A stretch of 64,000 bases of DNA, taken from contig NC_045697.1 of the NCBI RefSeq assembly GCF_009834535.1, positions 63,118,001-63,182,000 on the forward strand, given 5' to 3'. The notes under the pieces are model-generated. The model was not told where the DNA came from and ran no database searches. It saw only the letters and a program-made list of their open reading frames with translations. Both the position numbers and the translations under genes were made by a program. Source of the stretch: Camelus ferus. Its lineage: Eukaryota. Shown here piece after piece: positions 14,089 to 27,607 of this stretch. Position 1 is the first letter of the stretch, and every line of letters starts with the position of its first letter.

Positions 14089-17014
14089 ATTAACTCTTGG
14101 GAGAGCATTTTAAATAATTTAGTATGCAGTCATCTTCTTGGCCCTATTTCTGAGTTTTGGATAATGATTCTTAACACAATCATTGCCCCAGAGTGAGCTC
14201 AAGAGAACAGCAGTTTAGATCTAGAGCAATTGATGAGTAGTTGCATTAATGCATGAAGCATTTCTGTAAGGTAGGAATGTTGGAATAGAACTGGGATCTT
14301 ACCGTAAATACAGAGGGAAGATAGGGAAGAGCTAGGTCAGAGAGGTCATGCATTAATATAGTAAGAGTTTTGCAGAAAGTCAGGAGCCACTGATGATTTT
14401 AAGCAGGATAGTGGCATAAAAATATATACCTTTTAGAATTATTGTTCACCAAATTTTAAATGGCTTAAATGAATTCATTAGGTAGCTATAGGTCATAGTG
14501 ATAAATACCTTACATGGAAAAATGGCAGTGTTTTTTATTGTATGAACACAGCATACTGCTTTTTAGTTGACATTTGATGTAAACTTTTTATATTCCTATT
14601 TGGTTGAGATACTTTGCTGCTAAATTAAAACTGTTCTCTCAGGAATTAGTCAGTTTCATTTTATGTATCAATTATGTATTACATTTTACTTTTTTTCTAA
14701 AAATTGTGAAGTTAAAAACTTCACCATTAGTAAGTAATTACTGAATAATTACTATCTTATCAATTATACTTCTTGTGGAGCATAGCAGTAAAAATATTCT
14801 TAGGAGAAGGAAAGCACCGAGTTATGCTTTTTTTGGCTATTTTTCTTTACTTGACAATTTGTTTGCCTTTCTCACATTATAAAGTATATAGTTATACTTA
14901 GTTATAAACTACCATAATTTATTAGCTACTGAAGTCACACAGCCTAATTTATGAACAACACATTTTCTAGCCAAGCCATTTTCTTTGTAGTCACTAACCG
15001 AACTGTCAACCTGTAAAATGTTCGTATAACTTTGCACTCAGGGTAATATGAAAGGTGACACAAGATAGTAGGAGTTTATAGAAACAGAAAGTCTTATTTA
15101 TGTGCAGTGGTGGTTGTGAGTATAGGGATTGATATTCTGATTGCATTGCAATGAGCAGTGTTTTTTGTTTTCTGTGTGCTCATTCTGGAATCAGCTACCT
15201 TCTTCAAAGTGCATCTTTTTACTAAATGTGGTGGACATGAAGGAGCAAGGGGCCAGAAATGCAATCTATCTAAGCTGATGACAAATTTCTCTTCTAATCA
15301 AGATGATGTCCCATGATTAAGAAAGAAAAATAAACTGTCACATAGGCTTTCTAATTGATAGTAGGGAAGTGCCACATTTGTTTTCCAAACTATTTTCTAA
15401 AATAGTTCAGGGAGTGAGCTCAGACACCAGTCTAATTAATTAATGATGGGTGGATTAGAAATGAGAAATACAAACAACCATGTATGAAAAGAAGGAAGAA
15501 GCAGTGATTATATATAATCTTGCAGGTCATAATTATTTTTGAATATTAGGAGATGTTCGGTTTTTTTCCAGATCCCTAAAAACATAGCCTTTTTATGACT
15601 ATTTCATCTATAATTTTCATAAGCATTTTATAACATTTTCCCTTCCTTTTTTAACCTTTATCAAATATTTATTTTATAAAATTAGTTCATATTTAAGGAT
15701 AAGGAAATGGGAAGTTAATATTTACTGGGAGTTTATTATGTATCATGGATTACATAATCACTCTTCATGTGGGAAATATTTCGTGTTTATAATTCTTTCT
15801 AAGAAGAATAACTCTCACTAAGGAGCTCTTTGTACTTTTATTAAATGGCTGTAGTCATTAAAATTTTCTCCTATCGAACTAAATCCTGCCTTCCTTTAAC
15901 TTACATCTAGTTCTCTGATGCTACACTTCTAGTCCTTCAGATATTTAAAGTTTTTTACAAAAATATTCATGGCATTTAAAAAAAATAAGTTCTAAACCTG
16001 CATATTCTTTCACTATTCAGAAACCACCATTTTCTCTATTCCATTTAGTCTTTTTTTTAGAAAAAAATATTTAAAAACTTGTAATATCCATTGATAAGTA
16101 CCATAAATCACATATAATCTGAGTAGAGTATAACTTTTTTTTCTGGAAATTAGACCTTGGAATTTTGTGAAATTGAAGAATTATATTATTTCCTTCTCAG
16201 AGATTTTGGCTCAACTATGGAAGTTTCCATATAATGATTATTTATCTGTTGGCTTGATTAATTTAACTGTCACAGGACCAAAGGGATAATAGAATTATTT
16301 ATTTTAATTTTATAGATTTGGTTAATGATTTCTCTGAAAGATAACAGATATGTGGAATGATATTTCAGATTCCAAGCCTGCATGTATCATAAGAAAATAC
16401 AAAATAAATGAAAACATTTACGACCAAATTGAACTTAAAATTCTGTGCTTTCACTTATAGAATATTGTTTAATCTCAGCCAGTTTTCACCTCTGTTCTTA
16501 GAGTTAGTTTTAAATGATTGGTTTTAGGTAAACATAGGAATAGCCTGTTAAAGACTACAAAAATTTGTTTCTTTAATTTCTGATTGCCCTTATAATTATG
16601 GGAGAAGAATTATAACATCTTGGTCCCTATCTTTGAGGACATGAGTCCTAGATTTATGCTTTTGAGTAGAGGTATTGAATAGAGTGTACTTTTGCTCATC
16701 TTGTCAGGAAAGCAGTCACCTATGATGATGATGTGTACATGTGCACTTTACTAATTTAAACACAGTATGTAAAAACACACAAGTTGAATTTGGAGGCTAT
16801 TTTTTGTATAAGATTTATTGTAAATACCCTCAATAACAAATCCCTCTTTGCATTCATTAGCAGCAGTAATAACTAATATTTATTAAAGACCATCTGTAGG
16901 GTGGCTGCATGTCTCAAATAAAAAATGGACACATAATAGATGGTTTCTTGATATTATATTATAAAATACAAGGCATGAAATACTTGGCCCCCAAAATAAG
17001 ATGGAGTGGAAAGA

Positions 17015-17150
17015 AAATAGAACATGGAATCAGAGAACCTGAATTTGGTAAGGTACTTAACTCTCTTTGTTTTTCCCACAACTGTGAATTAAAAACCTCT
17101 AGTTTTAATGCCTAGTTCACATAGTAGTTGTAAAATTAAATGAGGTTTAA
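17015..17150 (+). mobile_element. MIR fragment
   Basis: 'aaggtacttaactctctttgtttttcccacaactgtgaa...gttgtaaaattaaatgagg' MIR core. Confidence 0.55.
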
Positions 17151-18088
17151 ATTATAATCTGGGTATCTGCCAAGGAAACTGATAGCAGCCAAGTTAAGTT
17201 GTGTGTATATGTGAGAGAGAGACCTTTTCAGTGAAGGCTGCTTTTAAGAACTCAAATCACTCTCCTTAGCAGAGATTCAGCATGGTGGCCAGCCGCCTTG
17301 AGCAGCTGTGGGCCTCCCTGAAGCCATGCCAGCAGCCGGGGTTGTGAGTCGTGTTTTTACAGTGTAGTAATAAAATGACTCCCATGGTGGTTCAGAGTTT
17401 TAAACTGAAAGATAAGAAGTTCATATACTATAGACAAGGAAGGGCCTTGAAACCTGTCTTAAGGGAAGACCTTCTGTCTGAGAAACGTGGTGACCCTGCA
17501 TTTCCATCTGACGTTGAGACATATTGTCTGGCTTCACAAAACAAAAAAATCTCTGTGACTTCACTTATGACAGAAACAGCAAGGCCTGAACCTCTGTCCT
17601 CTGACTATTCAAGTGTACCAGTGGCCTCCTCATGGATTATGCCTGTGGCGAGTGCAGGATAAAGAAAGCAGAAGCAGGACTGGGCAGAAAGATAAGTTGC
17701 ACTGATCTGCCTTGACCTCTCCAGCTGAAAAGGTCCTTCACATTTGTCCAAAATAGAGACAAGGAAGCATTCTCTATACTTTCACATTGACCAGTGGATC
17801 CAGAGTGCCATGAGAGAGGCTGTGACCCACCTTGGACAAGGTAGCAAGGGCTGAGAGCTGAGGCCAAGTTCTGGAGATGGATTCAGTTGAGAGGTGTTGC
17901 CAAGACACAGCTGCTGGGGGAGTGCGTGTGTCAGTCCCAAATGTGAGGATCTGGGGGTATTCCACTTTAGCCATCACAGTATCTCACTTAATTTTCACAA
18001 GAAGCCCATAAATTTGACATTATTCTTACCCACATTTTTCAAATGAGGAAATTGAGGTATATATATTTTAAGAGCTGATAAATGTACT

Positions 18089-18235
18089 AATATAGTGGAT
18101 TTTAATATTTTTCAGGACCCCCCTAACATTCTTAAAATTTATTGCGGACCTGGAAGAGCTTTTGTTTTGCGGGTTATATCAATTATTATTTACTATATTA
18201 GTAATTGAAACAGACATTTGGAAATATATTTAGGT
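18089..18235 (+). mobile_element. Charlie1-family (hAT) terminal fragment
   Basis: 'tcaggaccccc...cattcttaaaatttattgcggacc...aagagcttttgttttgcgggttatatc...tatttactatattag' matches the Charlie1 end. Confidence 0.75.
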
Positions 18236-18465
18236 TAACTGATTAACCATTACTTAGTATTCTTCAAGTTATTTCAAATATTAAAACTTTTAAATTTACT
18301 CTGAATAGGATAGAATACCCTTCTCATGATAGTCTATTATAAGGAAATTGTCCCTTAAGTTTTAGCAACTGTGCCATCTTACTTTATAATTGCTATCTTA
18401 CAGACTTTTATAGAACTTTGTTCCTTTTTCTCAGTACATTTATCCCAGCTTGTGACTATGCATTT

Positions 18466-18602
18466 ATTTTGGCTATTCAGGGTCTTCTGGTTTCCATACA
18501 AATTTTAAAATTATTTGTTCTAGTTCTGTGAAAATGCCATTGGTATTTTGATAGAGATTGCATTGAGTCTGTAGATTGCTTTGGGTAGAAAGGTCATTTT
18601 AA
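18466..18602 (-). mobile_element. L1 ORF2 fragment (minus arm of an inverted L1)
   Basis: Reverse complement reads 'ttaaaatgacctttctacccaaagcaatctacagactcaatgcaatc...ccctgaatagccaaaa', ORF2 just downstream of the RT core. Confidence 0.85.
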
Positions 18603-19143
18603 TCCACAGCTAATATCATACTTCAAGGTGAAAAGCTGAAAGTATTTTCTCTGAGATCAGGAACAAGACAAGGATGCCCACTCTCACCACTTTTATTCAA
18701 CATAGTTTTTGAAGCCCTAGCCACAGCAGAGAATAAAAAGAAATAAAAGGAACCCAAATTGGAAAGGAAAGAGGTAAAACTTTACTGTTTGCAGATGGCA
18801 TGATACTGTACATAGAAAATCCTAAGGATGCCACCAGAAAAACTACAAGAACTCATCAATGAATTCGGTAAAGTTACAGGATACAAAATTAATATTCAGA
18901 AATTTGTTGTGTTTCTATACACTAACAACTAGCTATCAGAAAGAGAAATTAAGGAAACAATTTCCTTTACCATCACATCAAAAACATTAAATACTTAGGA
19001 ATAGAGTTACCAAAGAGGGTAAAAGGTCTGTACTCAGAAAACTATAAGACACTGATGAAAATAACTGAAGGCAACACAAACAGATGGAGAGATATACCAT
19101 GTTCTTGGATTGGATAAATTAGAATTGTTAAATGACCTTCTAC
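18603..19143 (+). mobile_element. L1 ORF2 RT fragment (plus arm of an inverted L1)
   Basis: Encodes [16 protein letters not shown] and LFADGMILY (decayed FADD motif); frameshifted. Confidence 0.9.
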
Positions 19144-19859
19144 TTTTTAAAAAAAATCTGAAATTACATCCGTGTCTTGTTTTAAACCACAACTTTCTAG
19201 CTACTGTCATTCTGTTATACCACACATAGGAAAAACAAGCACAACACAAAAATGTGCCATCTTTTAATAGAAACTAAAAATATTTCATCCTGATTACCCT
19301 ATGAGGACTTGAAGCTTGTTCTTGGTTTTATCCCTAGCATAATCCCTAAGCATTATTTATTCAAGGAATGTTTGTTGAGTTTAACTTAACTACTTTCTGA
19401 CTCCATGCTTTCATTTACTCAACGAAAAATACTGAGAGTAAGTATCCCAAAATCCTAAGAAATACTGAGAATATGTTATTTAAATCTGGCAATATTGATT
19501 TAAATCAGGCAGTGATGGTAACAAAAGCTATCTCCTGTTATACCTATGTTCTTTGCTGTTCAGATACTCCACATGAGGAATATATCATATTATTGTATCC
19601 TCATCATACCATAATCCAGGTCTAACCACATAAAACAATAAAATAAAATAGTGCAGTGGTTTCTAATTTGTAGATCATGCAACCATGCATTCCTGGTGGG
19701 CACTTCAGTTTCTCCAAAGGATCCTGAGTAAAAGCAGTGTCTGTTGAATAAATAACTTGATGTGCACACATGTGCTTTAGATATAAAATTGGTTGTAATT
19801 TTTCATAATAAATCATCTACATTTTTATATAGGCTATAACATGATCCTTTCAGGAAGAA

Positions 19860-20673
19860 GAGTTCTCTTCTGTAAACTCCAGATTAGTGAATCCTATTAC
19901 TTACCTTCCTCCTGTTGCTCATGCTCAAAATCTTGAGCTCATCTTTGCCTGTGTTCCGCATCTAAGAACTTTCATTCACAAACTCTTTTGCTTATTTTGT
20001 CATAAGACATTCAGAATCTAAGCTGTTTTAACCATCTATACCACTACCATGTTTTTGGCCCACCTTCTTGGCTGAATTATTGCAGTAGCCTCCCCACGCT
20101 TCTCCCTACTTCTCTTTTGTTCTTATTCACTTGTAGTCAATTGTCTTCATAGCCACTAGAGTCATCCTTTAATATCTAAATTATATTGTGTTATATTCAT
20201 TTTTAACATTTTACAATGGTTTCCCAATCCTTGGGCGAAAAGCAAAGGACTTGTGATGAACAAAATGTCTCTGATGATCCTGTTCCTCGCTCTTGCTGTA
20301 CAATTATCTTCTATTACTCTAGTTTTGGCTCGCTTCACTAGCTGCTCTATCCTCCCTGGTTTGTCTCCAGCGTGTTAAGCAGTTTCTCATCTCAGTCTTT
20401 TTGCACTCTTGGTTCCAGATGCCTGTAGTGCCTTTCTTCCAGATTTTTGCATGATGTCCTCCATAGTTTCCTTAGGCTTTCTGCTCAAATACCACCTTAC
20501 TATTGGGTCATCCCTTGACCATTTTATATAGAACATTTTCCTTATCCTCCTGTATCCCCTTTATCTTCCTTTTTTTTCTTCTTATCATTGTTATATTTCA
20601 CATATTATGTATTTATTTACCTGCTTATTGTTGGCTTCACCCCATATTGGAATAAAAGGCCCTTCAGGGCGTG
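19860..20673 (+). mobile_element. L2 (L2a-like) body; its 3' end resumes at about 22155-22245
   Basis: Colinear L2 3' region ('tgctcatgctcaaaatcttgagctcatcttt', 'ttattgcagtagcctcc', 'ctgctcaaataccacc'); the terminus appears after the L1/SINE block. Confidence 0.75.
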
Positions 20674-20705
<32 letters not shown>

Positions 20706-20721
20706 ATTTATTTATTTATTT
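20674..20721. repeat. (GATT)8(ATTT)4 microsatellite next to the L1 tail
   Basis: Directly visible; adjacent to the 3' end of a minus-strand L1. Confidence 0.9.
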
Positions 20722-20732
20722 GTTTTCCTCTC

Positions 20733-22062
20733 TTTTTATTGAAATATAGTTGATTGACAATATTGTGTTAATTTCTGGTGTACTACATAGTGACTGATTT
20801 ATACATTATATGTATATTCCTTTTTGTATTCATTTTCATTGTAGGCTCTGACAAGGTTTTAAATATAGTTCCCAATGGTATACAGTAGGACTTTGTTGTT
20901 TATGTATTTTATATATAGTAGTTAGTATATGCAAATCTCGGACTCTCATTTTATCCCTTCCCATGCCCTTTCTCCCTGGTAACCATGTTTGTTTTCTATG
21001 TCTGTGAATCTGTCTCTATTTTGTAAATAGGTACATTTGTGTCTTTCTTTTTTTTTTTTTTTTAAAGATTCCACATTTAAGTGATATCACATGTATTTTT
21101 CTTTCTCTTTCTGGCTTTACTTCACTTAGACTGATGATCTCTAGGTCCATCCATGTTGCTGCAAATGGCATTATTTTATTCTTTTTATGGCTGAGTAGTA
21201 GTCCTTCTTTATCCAGTCATCTGTTGATGGACATTTAAGTTGTTTCCATGCCTTGGCTTTTGTATATAGTGCTGCTCTGAACATTGGGGTACATGTATCT
21301 TTTCAAATTAGAGTTTCCTCCAGATATATGGTCAGGAGCAGGATCATTGGATCCCAAGGTAATTCTAGTTTCAGTCTTTTAAGGAATCTCCATACTAGTT
21401 TCCATAATGGCTGCACCAGACTGCATTCCCACCAACAATGTAGGAGCCCTTTTCTCCACACCCTCTCCAGCATTTATTGTTTGTGGAATTTTTAATGATA
21501 GCCATTCTGACTGGTATGAAGTGATACTAATTGTAGTTTTGATTTGCATTTCTTTGATAATTAGCAATATTGAGCATTTTTCATATGCCTATTGGCCATT
21601 TGTATGTCTTCATTGGAGAATTGCTTGTTTAGGTCTTCTGCTCATCTTTTGATTGGGTTGCTTGTTTTTTTGTTATTGAATTGTAAGAGCTGTTTGTATA
21701 TTCTGAAAATTAAACTCATCAGTTGCATTGTTTGCAAGTATTTTCCCCCATTCCATAGGTTGTCTTTTCAATTGATTGATTGATTTCCTTTGCTATGCAA
21801 AAGCTTATAAGTTTAATTAGGTCCCATTTGTTTATTTTGGCTTATATTTCTATTGCCTCAGTAGATTGCCTTAGGTGAATATTGCTATGATTTATATCAG
21901 AGAATGTTTTGCCTATATTCTCTTCTAAGAAGTTTATAGTATCTTGTCTTATGTTTAAGTCTTTAAACCATTTTGAGTTTATTTTTGTGTATGGTCTAAT
22001 TTCATTGATTTACATGTGATTGTCCAACTTTCCCAACACCACTGTCAAAGAGACTTTCTTTT
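20733..22062 (-). mobile_element. 5'-truncated cetartiodactyl-type L1 (ORF2 C-terminus plus 3' UTR)
   Basis: ORF 21379-21567(-) LIIKEMQIKTT matches ORF2p; 3' end 'ttttattgaaatatagttgattgacaatattgtgttaatttctggtgtac'. Confidence 0.92.
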
Positions 22063-22151
22063 AGGGTATAGCCCAGTGGTAGATTGTATGCTTGGTGTGC
22101 ACAAGGTCCTGGGTTTAATCCCCAGTGCCTCTATTAAGGGGAGATAAAAAA
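22063..22151 (+). mobile_element. tRNA-derived SINE, Vic-1-like (camelid)
   Basis: 'agggtatagcccagtggtagattgtatgcttggtgtgcacaaggtcctgggtttaatccccagtgcctc'; Pol III A box TAGCCCAGTGG (22069-22079), decayed B box GGTTTAATCCC, short A-rich tail. Confidence 0.8.
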
Positions 22152-24599
22152 GCTAATATTTCCTTATTTTTAATGAAACATCCTCAAGGTCTAGAATGAG
22201 ATCTTACATGTAAAAGGCATGAAATACATATTAAATGAATGGAAGAAGAAGAAATGAAGAACTGAGGAGATTAAGATTTACTAATTCACTGTACCCTTTT
22301 GTTGTTTTATACTTCGTCCTCCATGACAATTAAAAAATCTATCAACTACTACTTTTCTTCTCTAACACTTCAGATGGTTTCATGCCACTAAGAACTTGCT
22401 AAAACAGACATTTTCTAAATCATTGAATTACGTATTAATTTCTCTCTTGGCCGCATAAAAGGAGAATTACTGCAAGTGGTACAAGGACTTTTCATATTAA
22501 AATATATATATTAATGCATGTTTGTAAGGCTTCAACTGTATTTGCTTATTCTAAAACAATGATTTACATTTGTCCTCAAGTACTGAAAGCATGGGGAATT
22601 TGACTTCTTTGTTCTTTCATAGTAAATTTCCTGTATAATGAGAGAGACCTATGTTTTTAAAAAAAGTCCTCAGAAAAAGCTACACTATTACTTAAATTGT
22701 TTCTGTCAAATTGAATTTCATTTGTGAATTTGTGGTGGCTTAAAACATTTAGAAATCAGATGTTTTGGCATAGTTTATGGATTGAGAAAAAATATAACTA
22801 CAGCAGTTGTAAAACAATGAAAAAAATTAAAAGCTGTTGAATCAGCTCTGGTGCATATTGCATAATTTGTAATTTTGGACTCTTAGTAATTCAATTAATT
22901 TAACATGCCAGCTTTTTCGTGCTTTACAACCTGGCAATTTCAAGCAATTTAATAGGTTTCCTCTTTTTTATTTCTAACTATTCCCATAAGATTCACAAAG
23001 TCTTGGAAATACTAATATCATTCAGAGTACACTTTCCATTAATTTAAAATTTCCTTGTTAATTGTAGTTATTCATCTATTTCAAAGAGTTATCGACAATA
23101 TAGCCCAGTGACATTTCTCAGAATGAACATTCAGTTCATCTTAAAATTAGGTACCAAACTGGAACATTGAAAATCCAGCCAAATTGTTGGATATGTTTAA
23201 TAACAATAGTTTTGAATACATTTGCAATATATTTTAATACATATTTTAGCATATGACTTGAAAAGTGCTTGAGACTTGAATATCAGTTATGGGTTTTCAC
23301 TGTAAAGAGTTACAATATAATGCAGGAGAAATTGAACATACTTCCAAATAGAATATGATTTTGAGAACAATTGCTGTCACATAGGATTGATAATTTTATG
23401 CTTTTTCTGAAAATCACTACATTTAAAAGATCAGCTGAAATATCTATTTTCTCACATATAAATTTTTAACACATCTTTATCCTTGCACTTTGAAGTGAAA
23501 TCAGTGAAACTATTACTTGATAAAATATTTAGTTCTATGATTTAATAAGGATTTCATTAACTTCTTCCTGGATGAAAAATATCTCTTGTTTGTATTTATC
23601 TTCAAACTTGACTAAGTTTAGAAAATACATAAATCAGATTAGGATACCTAATAGATAACACAGCAAGTGAATTTTTTACTTTCTGTAGTGTATAAATCCA
23701 CAAGGAGCAATTTCTAGTATAATATTCTTTTGATAAAATTATTAAGAGAATTAAAAATTATTTTTTACATTTTCCCAAGGATGCCAAATATTATACTTGC
23801 TACTATATTTGTTTTTACTAGTTCAGATAAGTCAAATAAGATAGCCAATCTTCTATAACATTAATTTTGCCTATTCATTTACATTTACATTGCACTGTAT
23901 TTTATGGTCAATGGATAAAAAGATCTTTAACTTGTTAGCATGACTATTAGGCTGTTTAAACACTGATTTCAGTTTCTTTTTTTACTAGGCTCAACCTGAC
24001 ATTATTATACCAAATAAAGTTAATAAACACTCTTTTCTTTGGGAATAATATAGTTGACCTGAATCTGCTCTAATCATGAAGATTAAATGAGACTGAGAAA
24101 TAATAGATGTGAAAGAAACTTCATATATATGGGAGCATATTTTACTATGGAATACTTATATGCATAAATAAGGCAATAAAACACTTCTGTAGCAATTAAT
24201 AGGTATAATTTTAAAATCTAAGGATTTGGTAGAATAATAATTAACTGGCACTGATCTATTCTTGGGGTCACCTCCCCTTGAAGTACTAAAAAATTTGGTT
24301 TATCTTTAGTTCCAGAAGAAATTATTGGACACCCTCTAACAAAGTAACACAGCAAATGGTCTTTTAAATGCAGACATTATGTAAGCCCTGGATTTAAGAT
24401 GAGAGGTGAAACGGGGAGGTATACCAAGGGAACGCATGAATCTTCTAGTTTCTTTAGACCAAGAAAGATAACTTTCAGCTGGGAATGGATACGAACACTT
24501 GGAATGATCTGGGAATCTAATACTTTTGTGGGAATAGAATGAATTGATACCATGGCCTATATGAGGATTCCCACTCTTGTTCTATTCTTATCATCACCT

Positions 24600-25400
24600 G
24601 CCTTGTAATGTCACATGTCTTTTTATCATCTTGCTCTCCATATCTCACTTCAAGTCTTTGAGACATTGATTATGGCCACCTCTACCCCATCCTCTATTTT
24701 AGAAGGAAATTTTGCCTACCTTTCTTTCCACGGAGAAAATGGAGATTATGGGATTTAAACTCACTTAATGTACCATACTACTTCCTACATATAAATCTGT
24801 ATATAATTGCATTCAGCATCATTTCTTTCATCCCAGTCTTGAAAGAAAGTGCATTTGTCAAGAATCTTGTTAATGACAATATAATCTTTATTTTCAGATC
24901 AGTTTCTTTAACAGGGTGGCCCCCAGGAATGTCATCTTTCATATGTTCAAAATGGATCATTCTCATTATCTTGCAGAATTTTTCTCTTCTCCGATATCCT
25001 CGAGGCCCTTAGCTCACATACCAAAGTCTTTCCCATTCCCTTTTAAATATCGAGTTTTATTAGTACAGCTTCTTAATTAGCACTTCATACTGTTCTCGCC
25101 ATTCTCACTATCATTATGTGAATTCAGGTTATGCAATAAGTAATAACAACTTATATACCATAATTGCGATAGCCTTCAAACTGGACTCAATACTTAAGTT
25201 TTTTAGCAGATCAGCTATAATATATTATCACAATATTGTCACATATATGAAAATCATACCTAGCCAAATTATTTGAATCCCAATTAAATTTGTTTTGCCT
25301 TGTATTCTCTTATCCTTATGCCTAGAATATTCTTGACATACAAATAATTTATCTATCTTATATATTTCAAGATTTAACTCATGGGTCTTCTCCCAAAGTA
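24600..25400 (+). mobile_element. Highly diverged L2 fragments
   Basis: 'ttttgcctacctttctttccacggagaaaatggagattat', 'ccataattgcgatagccttcaaactgg' are L2-like; boundaries vague. Confidence 0.4.
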
Positions 25401-27607
25401 CTATGTTCTGTGCATGTGATCTATTCAATGTGATCATTAAAGTATATTTAGAACTGTATAAACAATCCTAAAATTTAATTCATATTTTATACGGTTTAGT
25501 CAGTTATATATTTCTTATCACCATGTAGATGTCTTGTCTTTATACACGATGGTAAAATTATGAATATTTATATTCATTTTGTTTTGAGGCATTTTATATA
25601 ATCATGTGGTATATTAATAATAGGTCAAGTGTCAGTGAAGGCTTAGATTACACTCAACGTAACTCACTTAAGATCAAGACTTAATTTGAATACTAAATCG
25701 GAAAGCTTTTTAACTTTGAATGCTTGCCATTATCAAGTAATGCTTCATTTTTCATTTGTCTAAATCTGAAAAGAGCTTTTAAGTGCTTGATGAAATTTTA
25801 TTTGAAAGTATCAAAATGGTCATGATTTAGCATTAGTCAAAAATGTGTGTAAGTGTGTGTGTTCCTGTTTGTGGCATACCTCAGAAATAATGCATTATGA
25901 TACTTGCATGCATATGAGTACAAGTTATGTTAGAAAACATTGTTCTCTGACCTGGTAATGAAAATACAAAGAACTGTTGTAATTTTCATATTTATTCTTA
26001 ATGATATTCCATCTTATTAATAAAATATGGTAATGTCAATAATCAGCAACTCTGAAAAAATCATGTAAATTCTTTCTAAATAGCCTTTAATTCAGACTAT
26101 AGTAGACAATATAATTACTTTAAAAAGAAAAAACTAAAAATTCTGCTGTGTAATGTAGATCAGATTTTATAGGAATGTTTGTATGCCTTCCAAAAGTGAC
26201 TATCAAGCTGTTTTGTTATCTAGTAATTTGAGAGAATGCATTTTTCTTCCCATAATACTGTAGCTCCGATCTTTTTGAAAGATCTTTAACTTAAAAAAAG
26301 GGTTTATTTTTGTTAATATGTTTATCACTTAATTTTTTGTTTAGTTAGTTTTTCTACCCATGATTAAATACATTATGGAATCTTTAAAAAGGATAATTGG
26401 AATATGCAAAAGCATTAATATTAGTACACATTTGTCTAGGACTTTTTTTCTTGTTTATCAGGCTGCAAACCTAGGAAAAACTAATTTTATTTTGGGATAA
26501 AATACTATACAGTTTTTAAAATATTCAGTGATAAGTATTAGCATCTTTTAAAAAAATTTTCATTGGTACATTAGAGTGAGCTTTTTAATGTCCTTTATGG
26601 GGACAATAGGGTTATTGCTTCAGTTCTCTAGCTGGTTCTTTTAATCTGGGTCTTTTTTCACCATAAACTATTGTTCTTATTACTGACAGGCAAGTCTTTC
26701 TAAACCACTGTATTCATCATAACTCTCAACTGTATTTTATCTCTCTGGAATATGAATTCATATAGATTTTTATGTCTTTTTTTTCTATTAATCTCTGAGC
26801 TTATAGAAAGCAGAAATCAATTTTATTTGTCTGTATGGCCAATATTATATTTGATGTTTAGTACATGTGAGGTAGTGACTTTCAAAGCATAAGTTCCAGT
26901 TTTAATAAAATCATAATGATTTCCTTCTAACATAAAATTGAGGACAAGCTATGAAGAATTCCCTCTTGTGTGCCTAAGAGTCAGAAAGCTGTCTCTCTGA
27001 ATTGGGGAATAGAAAAGGTGAAATTTAAATTATGAAAGCGTATTTGCTTTCCAGCTTTAGATTATCACTTATCTAGTAGGCATAACTTTATTCTTTTAAA
27101 TCATATATTATACTTTCATTTGTTCATTCAACAGATATTAATGTATGCAAAGCACTAAGGTAGATATTTGGCAAAGTAAATGTGAAATATAGAAAGTCTA
27201 CTCTTTAGATTTCTAGTCATATAGTCTTAGTAGTCAGAAGATATTAGAAATAATGAAATAGTAAAGTAGTTAAACAAAAGCATATGTGAGTCATTGCTTA
27301 AAAAATAGAATGGAAACTGTAGCATATGATTCTAGAGTCCACTTTCCCAGCTTGTTTCCTGGTACTGGTCTCTAATTTTACTGAAGTATCTTTCATTTCT
27401 CAGCATGCCATCCTCTTATTTATATATGCCTATTACCTCATCTATGCTTTTTCTTCCTTTATAAAACTTCCTTCTTTAGAATTCTCTACACTTATCTGTC
27501 AGATAGTCTTATTTTCTTTTCAGACTGTTTCTGTATGCTTTCTGAAAAACTCCTTGTCTTCTAGGGCACATTGTGTGAACCTCTAATAGTGTTTAACTCT
27601 ATTAATT

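Noticed and set aside
14017..14110. CRISPR-like repeat-spacer-repeat
   Set aside because: Mammalian DNA, only two repeats, and the spacer is an L1 3' tip, so the repeats are a TSD.
22063..22135. tRNA gene
   Set aside because: Has A/B boxes, but the B box is mutated, the stems pair poorly and an A-rich tail follows; a SINE fits better.
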